Below are positions 36,426 through 47,960 of a stretch of 64,000 bases of DNA, in pieces. This stretch comes from Schmidtea polychroa (lineage: Eukaryota): positions 16,554,001-16,618,000 of the forward strand of contig CM097887.1 of NCBI GenBank assembly GCA_044892525.1. Reading direction: 5' to 3'. The position numbers were made by a program, and so were the translations under genes. Each line of letters starts with the position of its first letter. Position 1 is the stretch's first letter. Below the pieces are notes generated by a model, which made no database searches, had not been told where the DNA came from, and saw only the letters and a list, made by a program, of their open reading frames with translations.

Positions 36426-39400
36426 TTATATCATAAAATGTATTAATTGACAACCATCATCATCATTCGGAAAATGAGGATGATATAGCAAATCTTCATC
36501 TGGATCAACTATGGGCAGCAACATTTCTTCATCAGAATCATCAGCCATAACCATACCACCCCCCCCCCCCTATAATGACCATACGCATAACTTTTATTTT
36601 TAAGTACCCAATAGCGCTTATCGTCAGCATTAGTTAAAGCCCTCTTATTATTTTTAATACTGAAAAGTTGATGGTTTTTACTCGTTATCCTAAATTGTGG
36701 TACTGCATAAATCTCATTATTATTATAACAATTCAGATACGACTGATGAGTTAGTCCAGTATCTTTCATTGTGACCCCTTTCGCTTTCATACATCCCTTA
36801 CTACCCTTCATGCTATAACATTTTGGTCTTAAAAATATCCATTCATCATATCCAAGACCCTTGCTTTCATCTTTAAATTTCCCTATTACAGAGTCAAGGT
36901 TTTTTGAATATAATGAATGTGTTGGCTCGTAATTAGAGGTATTTAATAAATTATCCCTTATCATTGCGGGTAAAAGAGAATTTAATTTGCAATTTTTAAT
37001 TTCCAAAAAGAACGAATCTGTATCCCCAGCAACTATATTAATTTTACAATTAAATTCTATACGATATTTTTCTAAATCAATGTACTGAAGTTGGTACATA
37101 CGAAGTTTTGATAAATCCAAAACTGATTGACCAATATAACTTGGTCTATTTAAACATATTAAATCTTTTCTTAATAGAACAGATATTAAGTCGTCATCGA
37201 TTTTAGTAGTCCTTTTGAAATTAGGTTTAGAACAATATGTTAAAACCTTTTGGACTGAATTGCAAAGTCTTAAATTAATTCGTTTCTTTAGGTTTTCGAC
37301 AGTCTTACCGTATAGACTGTTGTTTAATAGTTTAAAATAATTTTTATCTAATGTGTTTGTTGATGATGCCCTAAGTTGTGTGTTAGTATCTATATAATTT
37401 TTAAATATTGATGACTGTTCAAATTGTATAGCGCGATGAATCTTAGTGACCTTTACCCCAATATTTAGATAAAGCTGGAGAAGTCTCCAATGAACTACAT
37501 AATTCTTTTTAGGATAGTGGGTAAGCATCAACTTCTCCACTTTGGATCCTGGTGCACACATCTTTTCAGCTGCAACAGGGAAATCGTCAAGCTTATCATG
37601 AATCGATTCTGGAATTTCCAAATCGACTTCAACAGTATAACCGAATGTGAGTAATTCCAAGTCAACATTCATACAATCTTCCAAAATCTTATTTAATTTT
37701 ATTTCATCGTTAATCTACTTAAAATTACCATCTGGTAGTTTCTGGCTAAGTGCCCAACCATATAGGTTGTTAATATCTATATAGAGCAAATCTGTGTTTT
37801 CATCTGATTTTACGTAATGTTTATTAACAAATGTTAATCCCCCTCGAATACCACCCTCAAAGAAATTATAAATCTCCATTTCTTGGATCAACTCAATTGG
37901 ATGATCTAAAGTCATGTGTGCAGAGTTCCATGACATACCGGGAATGCCTAAAAAGTTTAAGGGTTCCAATCTGTTATGAGCTATTGATTTTTCTCTAAAC
38001 TGTTGGAAATAATCCGCAAGTAAAAAGACATCTAATTTTAAATATATCATCATGTAATCCACAAGTGAATTACAATTATGTTCATCCCAAATGCGCTGAG
38101 CCATATCATATTCTACTTCAGTAACACCTTCCCAAATTGGTGGTAATTGGGGAGTTCCCTGAAGCACTTCTAAACTAGTTGCAAAATCATATGGGAATAT
38201 TCCTTTACTATTAACAATTACTCCGCTAAATTCAAAATTAGTCAATGGAAATGTAGTTAATGTTTGTACAGCATTTTTTAAGGAATCGTTAATAAATTGA
38301 CAAGAATCGATAAATTTTATAGTTAATCCATCAATTCTTGCATATAAACTTAAAAGTTTTTCACTAGTTATAGGAATACAATTAATATTCCATGATTTAA
38401 ATTTACCTAAGCCAAATTTGAGAATATGATGGAGATCATATCCTCTCAAATTATGAAAAATAACTGGTAAAACCGGTCTAATTCTTCGAGAAAGATTACA
38501 AGTTGAGCAAGCTGCACCTAAATATTTAACCGAAAAATGGTCATGATCTCTTACTGGATTTACTAAAGTTTTCTTACACAAATGACAATTTACAGCCGAA
38601 GAAAAGTTTATTTTGTCAATACTATTAAAAACATCATTTTCCTATATCGTGTTTCAAAATATGGAGCCACTATTTGCTTACCAATTTCTTCAAGTTCATG
38701 AAGAAACTGTTCAACACAATCCAATCCTATAAAACTTTTATAAAATTTATCCCCAGTAAAATTATTTATAAAAACAAAACCAGGTGAGATTGGTAAATGT
38801 TTTTGATGATATTTATTATCTTTAGGTAAAATTGCCTCAAAGTCGGCATAAATAACAAATGGAGGAGTGACAATCTTTGACCAATTTGTAAAACTAAGAT
38901 ATTTATCTTCGGGTAATGTAAAAAGAGTGGTCCCTAACTGATTTTTATCACACAAACCCTTGTGTCTCATGAAAGAATTAGGATTTCGAAAACCATTTAA
39001 GCATCTCGGACACCATTTACTACAAATCCTAACAGCAGTTACACTAGAATCGTTACAATTCAAAAGTCTATCAAGATTAGTAACACCTATGTAATGATAT
39101 GTGTCAGAATCTTCTAACAAAATTAAATTAATTGTTGTCCCCCCAATAACTTTAGATCGATAAATTATGTCAACATAAGGATGTTTCATAACTTCTTCAG
39201 TATTCTTAACATCATTTAATATATTTTCGTTATAAGTTAAAATATTTATCGATAAACCAGGGTTTTGGGATTCAAATTTAGAAATATTACGAAGGCGCAT
39301 AGGGAGATCTGCAGGATCGAATTTTAATTCCGAAGTATTATAATTATATGGCTTAGATCTATTGGTACTAATACTATTATATTTCAAAATAGATAAAATA

Positions 39401-39914
39401 CTATATAGGACGCATTCATCATTTGTATTTTTAACATTAACAGTACATTTTTTATTTAATAATGTTTCTGGTGTAGGAATATATCCACGGCCAGTTAATC
39501 TGGATATTTGCGAATATTTTGTTATTATAAAACTAATATATTCAATTTTATGAATAACCCAGTTACTTCCCTTTTCGTTAACTTTAATTATTTTTTCATT
39601 TAATAAATCAATACCATCTTCTAAGAAGGTATCACTCATGGGTCTAGCAGAATTTGAAATAACGAATGATTGAAATTCGTCATCTTTTACAAATTCCACT
39701 TTCAAACAAAATTGAATTTTTATTGAACCCATCTCGGATGAAACTTTATTTAATTCATTTATTAACTGAGTAGGGATCGAAACTGTTTTTAAATTTAAGG
39801 ATGAGACATCCATTTTAACTTCTGCGTGTGTTTTATTTAAATCGAATATGGTTTCAGGTTCAAGTGAACCACCTTGTTGATTAATAATGACTTCTGTAGA
39901 AGTTGATGTAATTG

Positions 39915-39980
<66 letters not shown>

Positions 39981-40308
39981 CATTATTATTATTATTAAAA
40001 AGTGAATAAGAGTTAACTATCAAAGGCATGACCTCATCATCAGAGTCTGAAATAACGATAAGATCGTTTTTAACAAATTTAGAGGGTTTTAGATTAGGTA
40101 AATTAATTTTTCTTTTATTATTTACATTAGGCTTATTATTATTATTAGCACTTGTAGTAGAATTTTTATGATTTCTCGCGGGATTATAGGTATTGGAAAT
40201 ATTATTTTTTAATAAATTAATAAGGTCTTTTTTCTTTAAATTATACTGAGTTAAATGATCCCTATGTTGATGATAAAACTCCATGTATGTTACAGTCTCG
40301 GGGTTCAT
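36426..40308 (-). pseudogene. polB: Protein-primed family B DNA polymerase with TP region, vOTU-like protease and EndoVII-like insert; disrupted
   Basis: KGSNWVIHKI (TP), NVKNTND.C.LYSIL/HYIGV (vOTU-like), YADFE (ExoI), CHLC..VRDHDH (EndoVII-like), HNLRGYD, YIDINNLYG (A), KLLNNSLYGK (B), GDTDS (C). Frameshift at ~38620, TGG>TAG at ~37715, G-run frameshift at ~36560. Confidence 0.93.
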
Positions 40309-40448
40309 ACAAACAAGTCAAATAAAAAAGATGGTATGATTATGGCTATGTTTGTAATATTTTTCCATTATGAAATCACAATCATCATGTAATGAACTAT
40401 TACAATAATTTTGATATTTTGAGCTTGAATGAAATCAAAGGTTTAAGA

Positions 40449-40491
<43 letters not shown>

Positions 40492-40627
40492 ATTATTATT
40501 ATAATTATTATTATTATTATTCAAAGTACTATATTAATGTTATTGTATTTAAAGTATTAATTATTATTAAAATAAAAACATTAATAAATCTTTTAATAAA
40601 ACCTTATAAAAATTCATTAAAAATCTT

Positions 40628-40985
40628 ACATTTAAATTTTCTTTTTGATATTTTGCAATCAATTTTTCCATATGCAGTACAGCGCGCAATCAAATTGTTA
40701 CCATTATTATTGTTATTTGTACTTGACTCGTTCATATTTCGTCCATTTATAATGCATCCATTCATGTTGTTTATAATAAAATCTAAAAAGAATAAATAAT
40801 TATAAATTTAATAATAATAACGAAATACCATTTGGCGTGTTTTCACTGTTATTGTTAGAGCTTTTGTTGAAATTACGATTAAGACCTATAAATTGTATCA
40901 ATAATAATGACAAATAAATAAATAAATAAATCTTACCATTCTTGACACTGTTTCCGCTTTGGCTTCCTTGATTATTTCTTGGCAT
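40628..40985 (-). CDS. Asn-rich spliced ORF upstream of pPolB (predicted introns 40886-40936, 40783-40828)
   Basis: GT..AG introns of 51 and 46 nt give an open frame MPRNNQGSQSGNSVKNGLNRNF..TPNDFIINNMNGC..ARCTAYGKIDCKISKRKFK; a further GTAAG donor at 40629. Confidence 0.5.
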
Positions 40986-41305
40986 TTTGTTGAGTTTAAA
41001 ATTTTAGGTATATAAAAAAGTGATGGTATATTTTTAAACACTGCTTTATATATCATAAAATGCGTAATATGTATTCACCCAATAGAAATTGAGAGTATTA
41101 CATGCACACGCACTATGAAATATAATTTACACACAATGTGAAATACTTTTCATACATTGGGAAGCAAAACTTACACACATTACAAAATAAAAATTTAACA
41201 CAAACTAAGAGAACATGATTAATCATGCATTTAAACTGCAATCTTAATGTATATGAGTAATAATAACAAAATTAATATTAATATAATTTTTAATCAAAAA
41301 CTTTA

Positions 41306-41725
41306 TTAATTTTTTAAATAATCTAACACAGCAATTAAACAATTTTTGTAAGCACAATTAGAATGATCACGGTAAGGACACAAGATATTAGCAGGAAATT
41401 ATTCTGATAATTGGATTGAATATTTTATTAATCTTAAATTTGGGAAATAATTTTTCAAAACTGTAAGTTTATCTTGATCAGTGACATAGAAAATTCCACT
41501 TTTATCTTCTACATCTCTCAATATACATGTTGGACAAAACGAATCTTCACCTTCATACCATTCCAATCGATCTGAATTTTCACGTCCAGCCCAAAATGGT
41601 AAATCATTAAATAACCAATACTTTGGGCGTAAAATATTATTTACATTCATAATACATAATTCTTTAATAATTATTCCACCAGCATAATCATTATAACCTA
41701 CAAAGTCAATAAAATAACAAGACAT
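41306..41725 (-). pseudogene. Polinton conserved DEDD-exonuclease-like/Zn-binding gene with an internal TAA
   Basis: FIDFVG..IIIKELCI..WYEG..EK-like core. After the TAA at 41399 the same frame continues FPANILCPYRDHSNCAYKNCLIAVLDYLKN*. Confidence 0.6.
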
Positions 41726-41757
41726 TTTTATTAATAAGATTTATTAAACTACATTGT

Positions 41758-42155
41758 TTATACATATAACATTGAATTTAGCCATGCAAGGCAATGTTGA
41801 CCACATGTTTGAGTCATTGGATTTTGATAACGAATTTTATTATACAGAAGGGGTTTACCAATTGTTTGTAGTTTTGTTATCATTATATCTGGATAATAAT
41901 GTCCCATCGGATCAAAAACATGTATTTTATCAGGTTTCACATATATTGCAATCCAATGTTCTCCTTCAAGATTTGATGATTGAGTATTGACGACTATAGC
42001 TTGGTTTGCGTTCAGATAGGGGATTTTATCTAATGGGAATACTCCAGTAAACTGATTCCCCAACAACATTTTTCCAATTCGATTAACCTGAATAGAACTA
42101 ATCAAATAAAATTAATTAGTAATTAAAAACTTACTCCATAATAAATTGTTTCCAT
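41758..42155 (-). CDS. Adenain-like cysteine protease (spliced model)
   Basis: Mirror of 30294-30691. Confidence 0.88.
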
Positions 42156-42204
42156 TGTTTAATTCATTTATACTACGTTTAAACCAATACAGTTTGAAAT
42201 ACTT

Positions 42205-43428
42205 TCAAACCAATACTGATCGACTTGCAGTAATTTGTAATTCTCTTTCGAAAACTCCGTATACTATTACATAAACCGATTCCTCGAGTGATTTATTAAA
42301 CTTTACATTCAATTTTAAATTTCCTTGTTGTGGTAATTGACTTTGATTCAAATCAAAATCTGGAGACAAAACAAATGTAAAGAATGGATATTTATCTTTA
42401 AAATCTTCAAGTGTAATCCCACAGTTCATGTTTTTATCCAAATACCCCAGATTTCTCACAATACTTTGCATATACGTTGTAGTATAATCATTTGTGTCAA
42501 AGTTTTGTGTATATGTTTCTCGATAGTCATTATTTTTGGCTAAAGTGATTGATGTAATATCCAAATGTTTAAAGACTGAGCTGGATTCCTTATATGTTCC
42601 CTTAAATTGAGATTCAGTTTGAAATGCCACTAAAACGAAATTTGGTAATCTTTTGTCAATAAATAATTGTTCCTTGTAAAATGACGATGAACCTTTACTG
42701 ATTGTAAAGTCGACAGTTTCTTTACTTCTAATTGGATATATAGCATTTTTAGAATTTAACCCTATTTGATGCCCTGCTAAAACTGATGGTTCAACTCGAA
42801 CTCTGCGAATCATTAATTTTGCTTCCAATACCTTTATCTTTGGTTCATCTGTTAGTGAATATATACTGAATGATGATGGGTTTCTTTTCAGTGTTACATT
42901 AACATTAACTCCTGGAAGTAAATATTTTGGTTGATCCATAAAATCTATTTGCAATGACGAACATAGGGAAACTAATTTAGAACCGGCAATTAATGCTGTT
43001 CTTTCCTTATCAGATGGAATGTAACCCATAGGAGCCAGACAAATGTTTTTACTATCTCCATTATAATTTAAAATAGTTTCAATTAAAGCTTTTTGTGTAT
43101 ATCTTCCGTTTCCACCTTCAATCTTTTGACTATTGAGTCCAACAATAACATCACTAAAAAGTGTATGGAACAAGTAATTGTTAGCTTTTGCATCTGAAGT
43201 AACCGGTAATTCCTTTCCATTATTATTTGTAACCTTTAATTTAATGTAGAGTAATGTATCATTCAAATCGAGATATTCAGTATGAGAACCAGTTATTTTG
43301 AATTCAATATCGCTTTTATTATCAACAATTGAATTAAAGGGGAATACGTCTTCAAATGTCGCATATTCTATAACCGCCTGAGGAGTCGGTCGATCAAAAA
43401 TACATAATTCAGTTTTTCCACAAATCAT
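42205..43428 (-). CDS. Major capsid protein (DJR)
   Basis: Same protein as 29021-30244. Confidence 0.9.
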   Translation of the reverse strand: MICGKTELCIFDRPTPQAVIEYATFEDVFPFNSIVDNKSDIEFKITGSHTEYLDLNDTLLYIKLKVTNNNGKELPVTSDAKANNYLFHTLFSDVIVGLNSQKIEGGNGRYTQKALIETILNYNGDSKNICLAPMGYIPSDKERTALIAGSKLVSLCSSLQIDFMDQPKYLLPGVNVNVTLKRNPSSFSIYSLTDEPKIKVLEAKLMIRRVRVEPSVLAGHQIGLNSKNAIYPIRSKETVDFTISKGSSSFYKEQLFIDKRLPNFVLVAFQTESQFKGTYKESSSVFKHLDITSITLAKNNDYRETYTQNFDTNDYTTTYMQSIVRNLGYLDKNMNCGITLEDFKDKYPFFTFVLSPDFDLNQSQLPQQGNLKLNVKFNKSLEESVYVIVYGVFERELQITASRSVLV

Positions 43429-43811
43429 TTTTCGAATATAGTTCCACGTCCTGTCATTCGTTTGTTTATATACCTTCGATGTTTTCTTCGCTTAGGCTGT
43501 GGTTCAGACTCTTCAGATTCTGATGCTTCATTTGATCCCATTACATTTGGTAATGAAGAAATCACATCTGGTAATGCCTCTTTGAATTCAGATATGGCAT
43601 TGGATTTTAAAGATGGTAATATTTTTGCATTATTCATTATTACATCTTTAGCTGTTTTCATACCAAAATTTCCTATACGTTTAAGAATAGGAAGAGCAAA
43701 CTGACCAATAGTTTTTAACCATCGAGATCCATATTGTTTGCCAACAAAATATGGTAATTCGCCACCAGTTTGACTATTGGCATAAAGAGAAACTATATCA
43801 GGATTAGACAT
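43425..43811 (-). CDS. PZ-like virion protein
   Basis: Same protein as 28638-29024. Confidence 0.75.
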   Translation of the reverse strand: MSNPDIVSLYANSQTGGELPYFVGKQYGSRWLKTIGQFALPILKRIGNFGMKTAKDVIMNNAKILPSLKSNAISEFKEALPDVISSLPNVMGSNEASESEESEPQPKRRKHRRYINKRMTGRGTIFEK

Positions 43812-44821
43812 ATTGTTTTCTAAAATGTAAAGTTACGTGTGTTTTTGAATCGTTTGCAAATCGGATTAAATTTCCGCTATCATCGCGTATATTAATTTCT
43901 ATATTGTTTATACATGTTCTCCCTACTGGTAAATACATAGGATTTTCTATTTGTATTTGCACAACTTCATCTTGCTCATATTTCTTAATCCACACCGCTT
44001 TCAGAAGAGGTACCAGTGAATCACCAACATTTATCGGATCAATAATATCGCTATAGATGAACATTTGTTGATGATGATTAAATATTTTTCCTTTACGAAC
44101 TCCACCAAATTGTTTGTCATTATATAATTGTTTTTGTAATCCAAATGTGTTGACCAAGTTTTTATCAAATATAACTTCTTTAATGTTTTCACCGAGACTG
44201 AATTGGAAGACATTTTCATTCAGTTCAACAGACTTGAAAATATGGGGGCAATTACTTGTTAAATAGTTGGTTAAATCTTCAAGCTTCTTTATGTATAAAT
44301 CATTAGTAAATGTGAAAACTGAATCTTGTAAACAATTGTACGTTAACTTCATTCTAATTACATTATTCATAATGCCATCAACATACGGTGGAATTACAAT
44401 TTGAAATGTATCAGTGTGACTTATAATTGTTGGTTCAGGAACTCCTAATCTTTTTACGCTTGCATCTTCAAATGTTATCTCGAATGGATGGTAATCGCAA
44501 CAAATCTTTAAAACTCCCTTGGTAATATACATGTAACAATCATTATTTAATTCTTTTATTGGCATTTCATCATCTTCGTGTTCAATAACATAAAAGCTGC
44601 TAACTGATTTCGATGCAATTTCTTTATATTCAATCTTAGAATTACTGTAAAATGGAAATGTATTGTACACAAATGTGTAATCAAGCAAAGCAACTTCCCA
44701 CATGTCATGCAGGTAAATGGGATTTTGTAACTCAACGATAAATTTACTAGCCTCATTATTCGGATGAATTAATGGACAGCTATTGCTTGGTAAAATAGTG
44801 AAAAAAACTGTTTCTATTCAT
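43804..44821 (-). CDS. Minor capsid protein (penton), N-terminal frameshift
   Basis: Mirror of 27628-28645. Confidence 0.85.
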
Positions 44822-45838
44822 TCAATTTGAGATACTGATATCCAAGTTGGGTTGTAATATATCCATGCCATTTGACGTAATATTGTTTATCCTTACCTTT
44901 ATATTTTGATTTAAGAATTTTTTCAATTCTAAAGACAGATGGTGTCGGAATAACTTGCAGTTCCTGTTCGTAAAATTTACCCTGGACTTCATTATTATCA
45001 ATATCTTTAATAACATACATAACGGGACTCTGTTTCGTATTAATCTTCGATATTTGAAAGACTTCGTCACTCCAATTGTTGTCAAAATTTTTAATGAATG
45101 GTGAAGCCGATATTTTACTTATTCTAACATGATCACCAACTTTATATTTAGGTTTCTTAATTTTTGTTACATCGTGTTGTGATAATAATATTTTCATACT
45201 ATTTTTAGATGTTACATCAATCGGTCTCATACCCTTTAGACCTCCATGTTCGGAATGATTGTAACTATGAATTATTTTCGGTAAAACATTTATCCAAGTT
45301 TTGTTACCTTGATGTACAAAATATTTTTTCAATCGATCTCTTAATGTTCTATTAAACCTTTCCACATGAGCAGCTTTGAATTGTGAAAAAACAGAGTAAT
45401 GATTTATTCCCTTTAGATTTTCTTTAACTTTGCTATTATAAAATTCTTTACCCAAATCAGTTTGTAAATTATCTGGTTTACCATTTTTAAACATTGTTTT
45501 TATTGCAACAGCCATTTCACTAGCAGATTTGGTTTTCAATGGTATAGCTCGAGCAAATCTACTAAAGACATCAATACATGTCAAAATATATTTGTAACCC
45601 TTATTAATTTTAGAAAATAGAATCATTTCCATTAAGTCCATTTGCCATAAATCATTAATACCATATGTTTTATATGCTCTTGTGGGAAACCGTTTCAACA
45701 TTGGCTTGTTTAAACTGTATGCCAGTTGACTCGACAACCATTTTTGAGTCTCCTTTTTTGATTTGGGTACTTTTTCTTTAACTTTTCGACTCCACTGAAA
45801 CCGGCTGGATCTTTTGGGTTTGTCCATATCTTCTCCAT
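44818..45838 (-). pseudogene. int: RVE integrase-chromodomain, frameshifted
   Basis: Mirror of 26611-27631. Confidence 0.9.
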
Positions 45839-45936
45839 TACAACACGATGATTTAAAATTTAGAATAAGGTTTGGTAAATGCCCCATAGGTAGTTGACCC
45901 ATTGTTTATGATGATGATATTAAAATAATTCAACGT

Positions 45937-46268
45937 TTATAAAGGCTCACCTAATAAACCAGATCCACCTAATAAAGATAATGCGATTGGTATCAAAGCT
46001 GATATAAACCCCCCTTTCTGTTTGTATATAATTTTTCGCATTATACGTTTATTTTTTGTATTTACTAACGATAAAAGTGATTTTTTATGGTTTTGCAATA
46101 CAGTTTTTTCGCTTTACTAATGTCAACATTGCCACGCACAACATTAACAATAATTTCAAGCAAATCGTCCACCACAAATTGTGGGAATGACTGTAAAATA
46201 CTTGTTCTTTTCATGAGTGGTGCTTTTATCAATGTATTAAAATATGGTATACTACGTTGTAATTTCAT
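45937..46268 (-). pseudogene. ~110-aa QKGG/amphipathic-tail protein, frameshifted
   Basis: Mirror of 26181-26512. Confidence 0.7.
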
Positions 46269-46301
46269 TATTGAAATTTATTTTTTATCGTTTAACTTTG
46301 T

Positions 46302-46478
46302 TTATAATTTAATCCATTTTTTAGGTGTTTTGATTGATCTTTTCTTCAACGTTTTCTTTACAGATTTCTTTACTATCTTTTTTATAGATTTCTTTACATG
46401 TTTCTTTACACGTTTCTTGATATTATTCACTTTGACTAATTGATTATCATGTTTAATTAAAACTTTCTTGAACCCCAT
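46302..46478 (-). CDS. 58-aa KKx[VIL] basic protein
   Basis: Mirror of 25971-26147. Confidence 0.65.
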   Translation of the reverse strand: MGFKKVLIKHDNQLVKVNNIKKRVKKHVKKSIKKIVKKSVKKTLKKRSIKTPKKWIKL

Positions 46479-46483
46479 TTAAT

Positions 46484-47107
46484 TTAATTTTGTTTATAAA
46501 CTGTTACACCTTCTTTATTAAAAATATCTGTCCTAATACGTACATCATCCATGCATTGCTAAGTAAAATCAAAGAATAAATATCCATGGGGTATTTTGGT
46601 TGCATCTTGAAATGATTCAATTAGAAAGTTACGATTGTTTGGATATGCTTGTCTTGCAATGAAATCAATAACAGTTGCATCCCTCGGATTTTTGAAAATA
46701 ATGAGATATTGAACATTCAAGTTCCGAGTTCGATGACTCCCACCCTGATGAAACAGATTTTGTTTTATAAAAATAACTGTTACACCTTGATGTCGAGATA
46801 TTTTTGTAAATAAATTATTAAAATCTTTTTCTTTGTTAGCTTCTTGATATAAATCATCAATAATAATTACATCACCTTGTTGTAATCTAGATGACCAGTT
46901 TTTATCAAATCCTTTTATTATTGTCATTTTTAATTTACAGAATTGTTCTTGCGTCAAACCATGTTCGTCATCAGCACCCCTATGCCAATATATTTTATTG
47001 AATTTTGACTTGAACATTTTTGATTGTAATAATTTACAAACAAATAAAGTTTTACCGCTACCGCTTGGACCTACAATTTGATAAACAGCATCATTTCTTA
47101 ATTCCAT
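46484..47107 (-). pseudogene. Packaging ATPase with a copy-specific CAG>TAG stop at ~46559
   Basis: 182 aa versus 207 aa in the other copy. Confidence 0.9.
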
Positions 47108-47192
47108 TTTAAAAAATTAGTTATATATATTAATATTGTTTATAATTGTTTTAATTCATCAGTTTACTTGATGAAAAATTATTTGAAAAAAT

Positions 47193-47342
47193 ATGATTAG
47201 TAATATAAATTATAAAGGTAGATTTGATGTATCTCATATGGAATTTCCAAAAGGTAAACCACAACAAATTGTTGACAGAAGCGGTAAACATTCAATAATA
47301 TTTTTCAAGTCAGGTAAATGTCGAATAATGATTAAAAAATAA
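47193..47342 (+). pseudogene. TBP-like ORF (one repeat), truncated by the TIR
   Basis: MISNINYKGRFDVSHMEFPKGKPQQIVDRSGKHSIIFFKSGKCRIMIKK*; NI..; IFF.SGK resembles the TBP repeat motif LIF.SGK.v.tG. Confidence 0.45.
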
Positions 47343-47491
47343 AATTATTACGTAATCGATAATTAAAACAAAAATTTAAATTAAAAAAAAATTATGGGGG
47401 GGGGGTATTTTAAAAAAAAAATTTAAAAAAAAATAGGGGGGTATCTGGATCTAGAGTGCACATGGATCTAGAGCGCACATAACTACCTACT
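47335..47491 (-). repeat. Polinton right TIR followed by TSD CATAAT (47492-47497)
   Basis: ...aactacctact|cataat. Confidence 0.9.
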
Positions 47492-47960
47492 CATAATAAT
47501 AATAATACTAATGATAATAATAATAATAATAAAATTAATAATAATAATAATAATTTTAATTTATTTATATATATTTTATTTTTTTATTTTTATTCGGATA
47601 ATAATATTANNNNNNNNNNNNNNNNNNNNNNNNNNNNNNNNNNNNNNNNNNNNNNNNNNNNNNNNNNNNNNNNNNNNNNNNNNNNNNNNNNNNNNNNNNN
47701 NNNNNNNNNNNNNNNNNNNNNNNNNNNNNNNNNNNNNNNNNNNNNNNNNNNNNNNNNNNNNNNNNNNNNNNNNNTTTAAATTCCGATATTTGTCACTTAG
47801 TGCCTCTTTATTTTTTTATATTATCACTTATGTGCTTTTGATTCAATCGATTAGACGGGGCAGAAAAACAAACAAAGAAATTATATTTCATATCGAGAAA
47901 GAGAAGAGAATTTGAAATTATCGAATGGACATACAGAAGAGTTTTTAACTAAATTTCACA

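Larger units (their letters stand above)
35000..47491 (-). mobile_element. Full-length Polinton/Maverick (adintovirus-like), ~12.5 kb, TIR to TIR
   Basis: Inverted AGTAGGTAG termini at 35000 and 47491, with the full core set (pPolB, INT, ATPase, MCP, mCP, protease) on the minus strand. Confidence 0.95.
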
